DNA of 52,879 nucleotides from a virus (taxonomy: Duplodnaviria > Caudoviricetes). This document shows, piece by piece, positions 28,656-38,796 of the stretch. A program made the translations under genes and the position numbers. The notes below the pieces were generated by a model that worked only from the letters and a program-made list of their open reading frames with translations, did not search any database and was not told the origin of the DNA. The stretch covers positions 1 to 52,879 of IMG/VR virus record IMGVR_UViG_3300010222_000005. One strand, given 5' to 3'. Position 1 is the first letter of the stretch. Every line of letters begins with the position of its first letter.

Positions 28656-29024
28656 ATGCCTGAACTCACATCCGATGTTGCGACCATCGATCGCGACGAA
28701 GAGGGCGAAATCCTGGCTGAAGAGGTTACCGTCGATTACGCCGGCACTGAGTACGACGCCGCCGTCGTCCCGATGGCGACCGGCGAATGGAAGAAACACC
28801 AACGGCACGGCGCCGACTTCGAGCAGATGAACCTAGAGGCGATTCGAATTATCTTCAATGAGTACATCGAAACGCCTGATGTCGAGACAGTCGAGGACGT
28901 TCGGTTCGGGATAGCCGTGCAGCTCGTTGAGAAAGTGGTCAAGCGGTCGGGACTGTCGATGGGGGGCGACTTGCAGGAAGCCCTCGAAGAGCGGATTGAA
29001 GAGGCCCAGCAGTCGGGAAACTGA
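28656..29024 (+). CDS. Tail assembly chaperone (gpG-like)
   Basis: Between tube and TMP; ends at the slippery site GGGAAAC-TGA. Confidence 0.85.
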   Translation: MPELTSDVATIDRDEEGEILAEEVTVDYAGTEYDAAVVPMATGEWKKHQRHGADFEQMNLEAIRIIFNEYIETPDVETVEDVRFGIAVQLVEKVVKRSGLSMGGDLQEALEERIEEAQQSGN

Positions 29025-29266
29025 GCCCGGTCGAGCGCCAGTCGAAATGGAAGGCTTGGCTCCTCAAGAAGGGTATCGACCCGACTCAGGTCGGTAAGTA
29101 CACAGAACGCGAGTTAGCGGAGCTGCAACTCGGCTGGCTCGTCCTTAAAGAGGAGCGCCAACAGCAGCACGACAACGCCCGCCGTGGACGGAAGTACTCG
29201 AATCCTGGTCGGTCGACCGACGAGGCGATGCAAGAGTTCGCGAACCGACAGCACAGGCAGGAGTAG
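29015..29266 (+). CDS. -1 frameshift extension of the tail chaperone (gpGT-like)
   Basis: G GGA AAC at 29015-29021; the -1 frame stays open (KLSPVERQSKWKAWLLKKG...HRQE) to TAG 29266, 6 nt before the TMP start. Confidence 0.85.
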   Translation, partial: GKLSPVERQSKWKAWLLKKGIDPTQVGKYTERELAELQLGWLVLKEERQQQHDNARRGRKYSNPGRSTDEAMQEFANRQHRQE

Positions 29267-29272
29267 ATGTAG

Positions 29273-31462
29273 ATGGCATTCTTCGAAGAAGGCCTTGAGG
29301 TACAGATTGACAGCGACGTCTCCAATGGCCTCAGCGGGATTGACCGTTTAGAGAGCAGCCTGATGGACGCTCGCGGCGCCGTTCTCGGCGTGGGGGCCGC
29401 GATGGCGGGGCTATCAGCGGCTGGCCTCTGGCGCGCTGCCGATGCCGCAACTGAGTTTGAGGACGCCATCACTGAAGTCGAGAAGCGGACTGGCGAAGAG
29501 GTCGCTGGCGAGATGCGCGGGGAAATCCTCGATATGGCGAACGAAATTCCGCTCGCCCAAGAGGAACTCGCGGGGCTCGTCGACGACGCCGCTCGGTTCG
29601 GTATTGAGGGGTCGGAAAACCTGCGGTCGTTCACCGAGTCGACGGCGCGGATGGCGACTGCGACGACGCTGAATACCGACAAGGCGGCCGAAGCGTTCGC
29701 AAAGCTCTCGGAGCTGACCGACACGCCTATCGAGGACGTCGAGAATCTAGGCTCGTCGATCAATACGCTGTCGAACAACTTCGCAACCTCAAGTCAGGAG
29801 ATCGTCGACGCGTCGCTCCGGTCGGCGGGCGCCCTCACCCAGATGGGACTTGAGCAGACCGAAATCTTTGGCCTGACGGCCGCGTTGAACGAGGTCAGCG
29901 AATCCTCACAGCGTGCTGGGACGCGGATTCGCCGGATGGCGCAGACGCTGATGGACCCCAGTAAGATCGAGGGTATCGCCGACGCGCTCGGCATGTCCGT
30001 CGAGGAGTTCAAGCAGATGCGCGAGGAGGACCCGACGGCCGTCATCATGCAGATGGTTGAGGCCTTCGACGAAGGTGGTGAGAAGGCCGACGCCCTCCGA
30101 GACACGCTTGATAGCCGGACACGGCAGGCGGTGGCTGGTCTCGCACAGAATTCGGAAGGGCTTGAGGAGGCGCTCAACACCTCCAGCGAAGCGTTCAAGG
30201 AAGGCGAATCGCTGCAGAAAGAGTTCAACACTGAGATGGAGAAGACGTCGGCGCAAGTCCAAGTCCTCAAGAACCAGCTCCGCGGGATTGCCATTGAGAC
30301 CGGAGAGAACCTACTCCCGGCCATCTCGACACTACTGGAGTACGCTTCGGCCGCAGTTGAGCGCTTTCGCGAGTGGAACAACCGATCTGATGGCCTCGCC
30401 GCGACAGCTGTACTCTTGGGTGGTCTCACGACCGGCCTTATTATGGTCATCGGGGCACTGGCCTCCCTCGCTCCGGTCGCCGGCGCGGCAGCTGGGGCGG
30501 TCGGCGCCCTCGGGACCGCCGTCGGCATACTGCTGGGTCCGGTCGGACTCATTATCGCCGCTGTGGCGGCGCTCGGCGTCGCCTGGCAGCGCAACCTCTT
30601 TGGAATCCAAGACAAGACGGGTCAGGCCGTCAGTGGTATTCGGTCGATTTTCAACGACTTCCTCGCCTGGTTCGGCCCACTTTGGGATGAACACTTCTCC
30701 GAGACGGCAGCACAGGTCAGGCAGACGGCGGCCGCGTGGCAGTCGGCGATTTCGGGCTTCGTCGAGTGGGCGACGCCGTTTCTGGAGGCGTGGTTTGCGC
30801 TCCTGCAGGCGACATGGGAGCTGTTCGGTGACGATGTCATCGCGGTCGCAACGTATCTCTTCGACGCTCTCCGCGGGATCGTTGAGTTCGGCCTTGACGC
30901 GATAGCAACCCAAATCCAGATTGTTTTGGCGCTGCTCCGCGGCGACTGGGAAGAGGCTTGGACCCTGCTGGCCGAGTTCTCCAAGGACACACTCGACGGT
31001 CTCATCAACTTCGTCGGCAAGTGGGGCGGTCGACTCGTCACCCGAATCGTCGAGATTATTAAGGGTGCTGGTACCGCAGCGGCGTCGGCGTTCAAGGACG
31101 CTTTCAACGAGGGGATTCCAGACACAGTTGACATCCCTGGTGCGGAGGTCGCGGGCCAGTCGTTCGGTGGCGGCTCCATTGAGTTGCCGAGTCTTGATAC
31201 CGGTGGGATGATCAGCGAGAGTGGGGTCGCGGAGGTTCACGCCGGCGAGCGCGTTGTCCCCGCCGAGCAGGTCGGACAGGGCGGTGGGATGGCGCGAGAG
31301 CTCGCTGACGCCCTCAGCGGCCTGGGCGACCAGCAGGTCCGGGTCATCTTCGAGGGCGGCGACGCAATCACCGAGGCCGTCCAACGCGAGGCGCGAGTCG
31401 TCGTTGAGCGCAATAACGAGCAGACGCGCCGGAAAATTCGGCGCCTCCAGGAGCGTGGCTGA
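29273..31462 (+). CDS. Tape measure protein (TP901-like core)
   Basis: 729 aa, Ala-rich and helical; AGTRIRR, a hydrophobic stretch and periodic W/F repeats; LDTGG..VHAGERVVP near the C-terminus. Confidence 0.93.
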   Translation: MAFFEEGLEVQIDSDVSNGLSGIDRLESSLMDARGAVLGVGAAMAGLSAAGLWRAADAATEFEDAITEVEKRTGEEVAGEMRGEILDMANEIPLAQEELAGLVDDAARFGIEGSENLRSFTESTARMATATTLNTDKAAEAFAKLSELTDTPIEDVENLGSSINTLSNNFATSSQEIVDASLRSAGALTQMGLEQTEIFGLTAALNEVSESSQRAGTRIRRMAQTLMDPSKIEGIADALGMSVEEFKQMREEDPTAVIMQMVEAFDEGGEKADALRDTLDSRTRQAVAGLAQNSEGLEEALNTSSEAFKEGESLQKEFNTEMEKTSAQVQVLKNQLRGIAIETGENLLPAISTLLEYASAAVERFREWNNRSDGLAATAVLLGGLTTGLIMVIGALASLAPVAGAAAGAVGALGTAVGILLGPVGLIIAAVAALGVAWQRNLFGIQDKTGQAVSGIRSIFNDFLAWFGPLWDEHFSETAAQVRQTAAAWQSAISGFVEWATPFLEAWFALLQATWELFGDDVIAVATYLFDALRGIVEFGLDAIATQIQIVLALLRGDWEEAWTLLAEFSKDTLDGLINFVGKWGGRLVTRIVEIIKGAGTAAASAFKDAFNEGIPDTVDIPGAEVAGQSFGGGSIELPSLDTGGMISESGVAEVHAGERVVPAEQVGQGGGMARELADALSGLGDQQVRVIFEGGDAITEAVQREARVVVERNNEQTRRKIRRLQERG

Positions 31463-31492
31463 TCGCGACCGCGGTCGCGGAGCGTGACTGCT

Positions 31493-32071
31493 ATGCCGGA
31501 CACAACTTGGACGATCACGCAGAAGAACCGGCCAAATATTGTCGCGGGGGCGAGTGTCGATAGCCCGCCCCCGACGCCCACTCGCGGCGAGACCGTCACA
31601 CTCGAATTCGATTTCTTCGAGGCAGGCGGGCAGCAGACGCTGTACGTTCCGGCTGGCGAGACGTACACCGTCGAGTCGGGCACGACGGAGTACTGGGGCG
31701 ATACTGACGTCGACGGGACGCTCGTCGTCGACGGGACGCTCGTCCTAACCGGGGCAGAGCAATATACCGGGCTGCTGAACTACCTCGACTACGCCGATGC
31801 AGCCGCCTACGGAAAATCGCTTGTGAACGAACCGTGGTATCGCGAGCAGCTGCCCACAAGCGCACCTGTCGACTCGCTGGTTCTGCAACTCACACCCAGC
31901 AGTAAGCTCCAGGGCCTGGACATGCCGGGCATCTGGGGCCTTGTCGTCGGCGGGAGCGATACCAGGCTGCCGACGCTGTCGAACGAAGCCATCGAACTTG
32001 AGGTGTTCGTCCTTGCGGAGGCTGCCGACTACGCCGATCACGACGCGATTGAAACGGACCTGAGCGCATAA
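31493..32071 (+). CDS. Tail tip / distal tail protein (putative)
   Basis: Follows the TMP; contains an exact 18-bp tandem duplication (31709-31744, VDGTLV x2). Confidence 0.65.
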   Translation: MPDTTWTITQKNRPNIVAGASVDSPPPTPTRGETVTLEFDFFEAGGQQTLYVPAGETYTVESGTTEYWGDTDVDGTLVVDGTLVLTGAEQYTGLLNYLDYADAAAYGKSLVNEPWYREQLPTSAPVDSLVLQLTPSSKLQGLDMPGIWGLVVGGSDTRLPTLSNEAIELEVFVLAEAADYADHDAIETDLSA

Positions 32072-32073
32072 GA

Positions 32074-32406
32074 ATGCGAGAAATCGACCTCAACAATTAC
32101 ACGATTGAGGAGAATAGCAACGGCGACTTCGTCGTCACGCACGACCCAAGCGGAGCGGAGTTTCGGTACGATAGTGATAGTGATCAGTGGATTCTAGGAT
32201 TACTCAGTGTTTGGCCGAATCAGGCGGCTATTGAACCGGCCGCGCAGGACCTGAGCAACCTCACACTGGGCAGCACAGAGGACGGGCGACTCTACCACCA
32301 CGATGGGAATAGCAGTATCGACGCCGACGGCGGCACCACGAGTAGCCCCGGATATTACGTCTGGAGCAACGGAGACAGCGAGTTTAAATCCGCCGCGCAG
32401 TATTAA
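32074..32406 (+). CDS. Minor tail protein (putative)
   Basis: Acidic, beta-rich ORF in the tail operon. Confidence 0.6.
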   Translation: MREIDLNNYTIEENSNGDFVVTHDPSGAEFRYDSDSDQWILGLLSVWPNQAAIEPAAQDLSNLTLGSTEDGRLYHHDGNSSIDADGGTTSSPGYYVWSNGDSEFKSAAQY

Positions 32407-32447
32407 AGGCGAGTACACCGCTCCGGCGCTTAACAATATAATCTGAT

Positions 32448-34364
32448 ATGTCTTACACGCTTACGCTCATCGATACTGATGGTGCCACCAAAGAGTTCCG
32501 CGAGGGTCGCCTTGACGACGTCAACTTCGCCCGCGAGCACACCGCGATGGGCGACTGGTCAGTGACGCTCCCATACGACCCGTCGATTGAGGACTGGATT
32601 CTCTCCGAGATTGAGCTGGAGCGTAACGGTAGTTTACTCTTCTGTGGGTATCTTGAGTCCATCACCCTCAACGAGGAGCGCGGGACTACCCGGCTGAAGG
32701 GCCTCGGTATCGCCCGCGATCTCACTAACGGCGAGACGACCGAGCAGTACACGAGTATCTCTGCTCATGAGGCCATCGCCGACTACTGGTCGACGAACAC
32801 GTCTTTCGATGCTACCGTCGTCGATCCGTCGCCGAACACGATAGTCTCGGACCGGACGGTCCAAGATGCGCCGGCCTCGGACGACTTCGGGGCAATCTCC
32901 GCGTGGGGTGACGACATCCCACTGTTCATCGAGAACAACCGGACCAAGGTCGCCCAGACTTGTTGGTGGCAGGAGGGCGAAGCAGCCAACGGGCTCCAGC
33001 AGGGTAGCTACTCCGGAGGCGAATACTCTGACGGGGAGGCAGCCGGCTTAATAACGAGCGCTGATGACGCGTTCAGGGATTTCACACCGAAGTACAAAAT
33101 CCCGGCTAACACGCTTCAAATCGGTGTCCGAATTGATGCCCGGGACGGCCACAATGGGTTCGAAATCTTGGTCAACGGAGACCAGGTGGATACTGTGCCG
33201 GCTGACGCACTCAGCAATGATCTTTCGTACTTCTCTTCGCGGGACTTTTCTGATAGCCTTGATGCCAATACCCAACATCAATTCGAAGTCAACTGTCTGA
33301 ATAGTACTGGCAGCGATGACCTGATTATCGACGGGTTCGCTGCCTACGACACGCGGTTCTCGTACAATTTCGACAACTCGACGGACTCAGACAGCTACCT
33401 TGCAGGGCCCGAGCTCTATCCAGACGAGACGGTCCCGCTGTTCCAGGAGGAGAGCACGCCGTGGAACATTACCGACGCGTCGATCACGACTCAGCTGGCG
33501 GATAGCGACGAGACGCCGGTCCGGCTGCAGGCTCGCCTCTCTCGCCAGACGTGGTTCCCGAACGACGGCACCGAGGAAGATACATTGTCGATCACGACCG
33601 ATTTCGGTGATGAGGCTGGCACGAACATCCAGGGCCGCGTGGCCATCGGTCGGCGCGATGTCACGCGGTCGACCGCGACGCCGACTGAGGGCTTCGAAGG
33701 ACAAGAGTTGACGAGCTGGGAGCTGAGTTACTCCGGCGACGACATTGCGATCATTGAGGACCAGACATTGGAGGGGACGCATCTGGCCAACCTGCAGCGG
33801 TTGCACGAGTTCGCTGGGATGCGGTTCTCGGTCGAACACACATCGGATAGCAAGCCGGTCGAGTCCTTCCGCGCCGGCGATGTCGAAAAGACCCTCGGCG
33901 ATATCGTTATCCGGAACCGTATCCGGAAGATTGACGCCGAACAATACGCTAACGAGGTGACTGTCAGGGGCAAACTCGACGACAACGGCAACCGACCAGT
34001 CCGGACGGCCTCGGACCCGGATGCGATTGCCAACCGGGGCACTGAGCACGTCGATATTAAAGACCCGTCGCTGACGACGCAGGCCGACGTGGACAGCGCA
34101 GCCCGCCAGGAGCTGGGCTCGCGGCTCAACGCGCTGGACCGGCGTGGTGAGCTTGTGATTGTCGCCGAGACCCAGCAGCCCGGCTACGTCTACGAAGTCG
34201 AGTGGGCCGACGGGTCGGCGTCGAAGGTTCCGTTGGAGACGCTAAAGTATCTTGAGCAGCAGGGCGAGGCTCGTGGCCGGCTCACGTTCGACCTGAACGC
34301 TGACCTCGCCGGCGAGATCTCAAGCATCCGTCGCGAACAGCGCCGGACGAAAGACGCGCTTTGA
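32448..34364 (+). CDS. Tail tip/baseplate hub protein
   Basis: 638 aa; YANEVTVRG...DPDAIANRG...DPSLTT hub-like C-terminus with inserted beta domains. Confidence 0.7.
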   Translation: MSYTLTLIDTDGATKEFREGRLDDVNFAREHTAMGDWSVTLPYDPSIEDWILSEIELERNGSLLFCGYLESITLNEERGTTRLKGLGIARDLTNGETTEQYTSISAHEAIADYWSTNTSFDATVVDPSPNTIVSDRTVQDAPASDDFGAISAWGDDIPLFIENNRTKVAQTCWWQEGEAANGLQQGSYSGGEYSDGEAAGLITSADDAFRDFTPKYKIPANTLQIGVRIDARDGHNGFEILVNGDQVDTVPADALSNDLSYFSSRDFSDSLDANTQHQFEVNCLNSTGSDDLIIDGFAAYDTRFSYNFDNSTDSDSYLAGPELYPDETVPLFQEESTPWNITDASITTQLADSDETPVRLQARLSRQTWFPNDGTEEDTLSITTDFGDEAGTNIQGRVAIGRRDVTRSTATPTEGFEGQELTSWELSYSGDDIAIIEDQTLEGTHLANLQRLHEFAGMRFSVEHTSDSKPVESFRAGDVEKTLGDIVIRNRIRKIDAEQYANEVTVRGKLDDNGNRPVRTASDPDAIANRGTEHVDIKDPSLTTQADVDSAARQELGSRLNALDRRGELVIVAETQQPGYVYEVEWADGSASKVPLETLKYLEQQGEARGRLTFDLNADLAGEISSIRREQRRTKDAL

Positions 34365-34509
34365 GCAGCTCCTTCGAATCTATCATGCTACCAGACATCT
34401 TTCCCGTGAGCATCGACGCCTGACAATCATTCTGTCATAATATCACGATGACCAGCAATAGCACCAGCTACCGACAGTCACGGAGAATCGATGCGGAGGT
34501 GAACGCAAC

Positions 34510-34836
34510 ATGAGCGACTTCGTGATCAAAGAAGGCGACCGCGACCCCGCCATTGAGGCGACGCTGGAGCGAGACGGGTCGCCCTACGATCTCTCGGACG
34601 CCCGGCGCGTCGACATCGTCATCGGGGCGCTGCGCGACCCGCCAATCGTCGACGCCCAGACCACGATTACCGACGCGGCCGACGGGACCGTCCGGTACAT
34701 CTGGCAGCTGGGCGACACAGACGAGCCTGGGACGTACCGAACAGAGTGGATTGTCACGACCCCCTCGGGCGCCGAGGCAACATTCCCCGATGCCGGCTAC
34801 GAGATAGTCACAATCCAGCCAGAGGTGAGTCGCTGA
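34510..34836 (+). CDS. BppU-like baseplate/fiber attachment domain protein
   Basis: IKEGDRDP...DAADGTVRYIWQLGDTDEPGTYRTEW...TFP; GGAGGTGA Shine-Dalgarno. Confidence 0.75.
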   Translation: MSDFVIKEGDRDPAIEATLERDGSPYDLSDARRVDIVIGALRDPPIVDAQTTITDAADGTVRYIWQLGDTDEPGTYRTEWIVTTPSGAEATFPDAGYEIVTIQPEVSR

Positions 34837-35039
34837 TGACGAACAGGGTGACGGTGACGGCGACAGCCTCAACGGTGACGATTTCGGCGGCGGGTATCGA
34901 CCGCTGTGCGACGCCGCTCGTCGTCCGGAGCGGGACGTTTCGAACCGTCGATGGGACCGAGCGGCGGGCACTAATTCGGCTGGAATCGGATGGGTCGCTG
35001 GCGCTGACAGCCGACAGCGAGTTCATCTTCGGGTGTTAA
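34836..35039 (+). CDS. Small tail-fiber-associated protein
   Basis: GAGGTGA Shine-Dalgarno and TGATG overlap. Confidence 0.55.
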   Translation: MTNRVTVTATASTVTISAAGIDRCATPLVVRSGTFRTVDGTERRALIRLESDGSLALTADSEFIFGC

Positions 35040-35042
35040 ACC

Positions 35043-35459
35043 ATGCCAAACGACAGCAAAATCAGGACCGATAGCGACGACAACATCATTATCGAACTCG
35101 CGTCGGGCGAGACGGTAACGGTGAAACCGAGTGCCGTCGAGTTTGGCCAGAATCCCGTCCCGGAGACGGACGGCGAGGAAGAGCTCGGCAGTCCCTCGAA
35201 ATCCTGGAGAGCGCTCTACGCAGACGAAATTACTGTTGCCGGAGGCAAGATCGGTCAAACGATAGATGGCCAGATTCCTGTCTCCCAGGTCGTGGCGGCA
35301 GACGAGACGCTCGAGATACCCGCCGGCTACGGCCTGACCGTCGCCGGACCCATGACCGTCGACGGCGACATCGAACTGAACGGCACGCTCACCGTCGCCC
35401 CCGGCCCGATCACCGGCGAGGGCTCCATTTCGGGCGACGGGCGGATACACATTCCCTAA
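35043..35459 (+). CDS. Tail-fiber-associated protein
   Basis: LGSPSKSWRALYA and TLEIPAG..TVDG motifs. Confidence 0.7.
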   Translation: MPNDSKIRTDSDDNIIIELASGETVTVKPSAVEFGQNPVPETDGEEELGSPSKSWRALYADEITVAGGKIGQTIDGQIPVSQVVAADETLEIPAGYGLTVAGPMTVDGDIELNGTLTVAPGPITGEGSISGDGRIHIP

Positions 35460-35463
35460 AACC

Positions 35464-37413
35464 ATGACACTCAACATCGATAGCGACGTCATCGAGACGG
35501 ATACGATCAAGGCGTACGAAGACAGCACCGGTACCGTCATCCTCGAGGATAAGGTCAACGACAACCAGATCAAGCTGAACGACGACGTGGCGATGGCCGA
35601 CATGGTCTCGCATCTCGTCGACGACACCAATCCACACACGACGACGCTTGAGCAGGCCCGCTCGGAAGACAACCAGCTCTCCGGGGCGGTCGACGCTGGG
35701 GGCAACGACCTGAAAAGCGTCGGGGCACTCGGTGTCGAAGAACTGAACAACACCGTTCATTGGGTCTCTGCCGGCAGCTCGGCCGCCGAGATTAATGCCG
35801 TGATTTCGGAGGCGTCGGACGGCGATATCGTCCGATTAGAACAGGGGACGTACACGATCTCCTCGCCGATCACGGACCAGGGCAAGAGCAACATCACGCT
35901 GGAGGCTGACGGGATGGGCAGCGCGGTAATCGAAGTCGCCACCGGGAGTCAAGAGACGGCGATTGAGTTATACGGCGTTGACGACTGGGAAATCCGGTAT
36001 TTAGAGATCGACGGACAGGGTTCAACTGAATCGGACGGCGGCGACAGCAGTAAGCAATGCGGCGTGTACGCGGAGGACTGTAACCGCCTGTGGGTCCATC
36101 ACAACTATATTCACGACACATTCTACGCGAATTTCCGCGCCGCCGCCCGGGGAAGTTCGTCGTCCGACGTTCTCGTCGCCCATAATATACTCGACACGAC
36201 TTACGGACCGGCTCCCGCGGACAGCATTTCATTCACCGCGAGCGACGGGCTCGAATACGCGGCCTGTAATGCCATCGCAAACCATTGCTTGAACAATGGC
36301 CATCAGTCTATTGAGTATTCCAGCAACGTCAATGACTCAATCGTCGCGAACAACATGGTCGTCGACTGTGAGAGTGTGGGGCTGTCCATCCACGACGGGA
36401 AGCGGATGACCGTCGTCGGGAACTCCGTCATCGGCTCCGCGACAGGAATCACGATTGTCGGCACGGATTACCTCGCCACCGGGAACTACGTCGCAGATGC
36501 AGGCGGCCAGGGGATAAGAATCGGGGACCCTGGACGCGGAGCGGGCCGCTGTGCCGCTGTTGGAAACTACGTCAACGGGTGTGGCGACCGCGGGCTGAAT
36601 CTTAGAGCCAAGAAGGCGGTGGCCGTCGGAAACGTGGTTCTGAACGCGGCCCAGACTACTACGACCGCCGACGGCATCCGCGCTGACGGGAACAAATGTG
36701 TCGTGATGGGGAACTTTGTCGACAACGTTGTTGGTCGAGACGGCATCCGCGTCGGCGGAGAAGACTGCATCGTCGCCAGCAACCTTGTTAACGAACCGTC
36801 TGAACTGGGGATAATCGCTCGGGACGCACGGACCCACGTTGACTCAAATAAGATTCTCAACCCCGGGCAGGATGACTCAACAAGCGAAGGCATCATTATT
36901 ACAGGCGCTCGATGCGACGTGAGCGGGAACTACGTAGAAGGGTCGCCGTCGCAGGGCATCCGCGTTCAGGCGCCGTTCACGAAAGTTGTCAACAACCGCG
37001 CGACCGGGAGCGGAAACGACAACATTGCAGTAGAGACAGACAGTAATCTAATCGCCTCAAACTGGCTTGAGAACGCCACGGCCCGAGGGGTGCTTCTGAC
37101 TGATGCGTCGGACAATCTCGTCACTACTAACTACTTCTATAATAATTCGACAGCGATTCAAACAGTCAACCCAAACAACGACTGCAAGGATAACCGTCTG
37201 GAGAAAAACCAGTTCGCCGCAAACGGTACAAAATACGACTTAGGCAACTCTTCGCGGACGGTTCAGAATGGCATCGGCCTGAACGACGGCGACCCGTCTA
37301 CGACGGGGGATTGGAACGGCAACGGATTCGAGGGGCTGCTGGTCCGGGACTACACGAACGACGACACCTACCTCTACAACGCCAGAGCATGGAGTCAAAT
37401 CGCATCCACGTGA
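35464..37413 (+). CDS. Tail spike/receptor-binding protein with right-handed parallel beta-helix
   Basis: INAVISEASDGDIVRLEQGTY start followed by many (V/I)xGNxV...GI repeats (pectate-lyase-like). Confidence 0.88.
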   Translation: MTLNIDSDVIETDTIKAYEDSTGTVILEDKVNDNQIKLNDDVAMADMVSHLVDDTNPHTTTLEQARSEDNQLSGAVDAGGNDLKSVGALGVEELNNTVHWVSAGSSAAEINAVISEASDGDIVRLEQGTYTISSPITDQGKSNITLEADGMGSAVIEVATGSQETAIELYGVDDWEIRYLEIDGQGSTESDGGDSSKQCGVYAEDCNRLWVHHNYIHDTFYANFRAAARGSSSSDVLVAHNILDTTYGPAPADSISFTASDGLEYAACNAIANHCLNNGHQSIEYSSNVNDSIVANNMVVDCESVGLSIHDGKRMTVVGNSVIGSATGITIVGTDYLATGNYVADAGGQGIRIGDPGRGAGRCAAVGNYVNGCGDRGLNLRAKKAVAVGNVVLNAAQTTTTADGIRADGNKCVVMGNFVDNVVGRDGIRVGGEDCIVASNLVNEPSELGIIARDARTHVDSNKILNPGQDDSTSEGIIITGARCDVSGNYVEGSPSQGIRVQAPFTKVVNNRATGSGNDNIAVETDSNLIASNWLENATARGVLLTDASDNLVTTNYFYNNSTAIQTVNPNNDCKDNRLEKNQFAANGTKYDLGNSSRTVQNGIGLNDGDPSTTGDWNGNGFEGLLVRDYTNDDTYLYNARAWSQIAST

Positions 37414-37482
37414 CCGCTCGCCGTTGAGGGCAACTGACCGCCCCGGCGTCTGACGACCACTTCGTTCTGACAGGTTTAATCG

Positions 37483-38532
37483 ATGATTAGAACCATCTGG
37501 CAAAGACTTCTCCAGCTGCTCTGCTCCTTGCTCGGGCGGGGCGGCAGTGACGAGGGCGACCAAGCCGAACAGAATACCGAACAGGACACTACCCAATCCG
37601 ACGCCAAGTCCAGGCGCGACGACGGCGCCGAGCACGACGACCGACCCGACGACATCAAGGACGACAGCGGCGACGATCAGGGCGATGACCAAGGCGACGA
37701 CGGTAACGACGGCGATGACGACCAAGACGGCAACGGCGGCGGGGCCGGCGGTGCCGAGGCCGACGTTGACGCGGAGGCCGATGCGGAAGCCGACGTTGAC
37801 GTCAATGCCGAGGCTGACGGCGGCGCCGAGCATGGCGACCAAGACGGTAGCGAGGACGTGTCGATAAACCACTCCAGCAACGAGGAAATCGGGCTCTCGT
37901 GGCCGCCAAGAGACCCCGTCGCGTGGCCTAACCGTCCCGACGAACCCGGGGGCACCATCGAAGTGCGGCTGTTTCACACCGACTCAGAGCTGGGGCTTCA
38001 GGCCTGCCGGCAGACTGCTCCGTTCCTTGAGTGGGCGCTTCTCGACGCCTGGGCGGAACGCTTCAACTTAGATGTCGACGTGAGCATACGGACCGAGCCG
38101 GTGCCCGACGAGCACGCGACACCCGAGGACTTCGACAACTGGATCTGGACCGACGACTGCGAGATGGCAAAGGATGCGAACATTCTCGTTGCCGAGTCAG
38201 CCACCGGGGCCGCCGGAGGATACAGCGGCCATGTTAGCGGCCCAGACCACTTTGAGGGATGGGGCTTCAACCCCGACAACACCGACGACGAGGGCCGGCC
38301 GAAGGTCGTTCCGTACGGCGGTGGCGAGTCCCGCCGAGGAACCAACCTGATAATTCACGAGACGCTGCATTGTCTTGGACTCAGCCATAACGGCCGCTTC
38401 GACGAGTTCAGCCTCGTTTCTTGGTACGGTCAGGATTATCTCCCGCCGCTGTGGACTTCCTATCGGGAACACACCCGATTTACTGCCCAACTGTGTGAGG
38501 CCAACCGCCGGGTTCGACCATCGGTACAGTGA
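37483..38532 (+). CDS. Metzincin-like Zn metallopeptidase with acidic linker
   Basis: HETLHCLGLSH fits HExxHxxGxxH; N-terminal amphipathic helix and a D/G-rich disordered linker. Confidence 0.8.
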   Translation: MIRTIWQRLLQLLCSLLGRGGSDEGDQAEQNTEQDTTQSDAKSRRDDGAEHDDRPDDIKDDSGDDQGDDQGDDGNDGDDDQDGNGGGAGGAEADVDAEADAEADVDVNAEADGGAEHGDQDGSEDVSINHSSNEEIGLSWPPRDPVAWPNRPDEPGGTIEVRLFHTDSELGLQACRQTAPFLEWALLDAWAERFNLDVDVSIRTEPVPDEHATPEDFDNWIWTDDCEMAKDANILVAESATGAAGGYSGHVSGPDHFEGWGFNPDNTDDEGRPKVVPYGGGESRRGTNLIIHETLHCLGLSHNGRFDEFSLVSWYGQDYLPPLWTSYREHTRFTAQLCEANRRVRPSVQ

Positions 38533-38796
38533 CGTCTGACGACGCTCGCTTCGAGCCCGGCGACCGCTGGCGCCGCGTAGCTGCTTCTGCAGAGTCGTAA
38601 CTGACGCTCCCTGTTGGTCAACCCATTCCTTACGGAGATGGATTAGTTCGCCAGCCCGGAGGCCGAGCCGCCCGGCTAGGAGGATGGCGAAGACAGCCTC
38701 GCGACGCTGGCGGGGCTTCTCAATCCGCCGCGCACCCTCCAATAAGAGTTCGTACTCTCGTGGGGTGAGCGCCCGCTCCTTGCTGTTCTGGACCAT
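38525..38796 (-). pseudogene. Internally deleted tyrosine integrase/recombinase remnant
   Basis: ERALTPREYELL...LAGRLGLRAGELIHLRKEWVD (box I with catalytic Arg) jumps straight to a degenerate C-terminal-like segment; no HxLR box; the frame runs antisense into the peptidase gene. Confidence 0.75.

Noticed and set aside
35464-37413. DGR or invertible tail-fibre system
   Set aside because: No reverse transcriptase, template/variable repeat pair or inverted fibre copies are visible.
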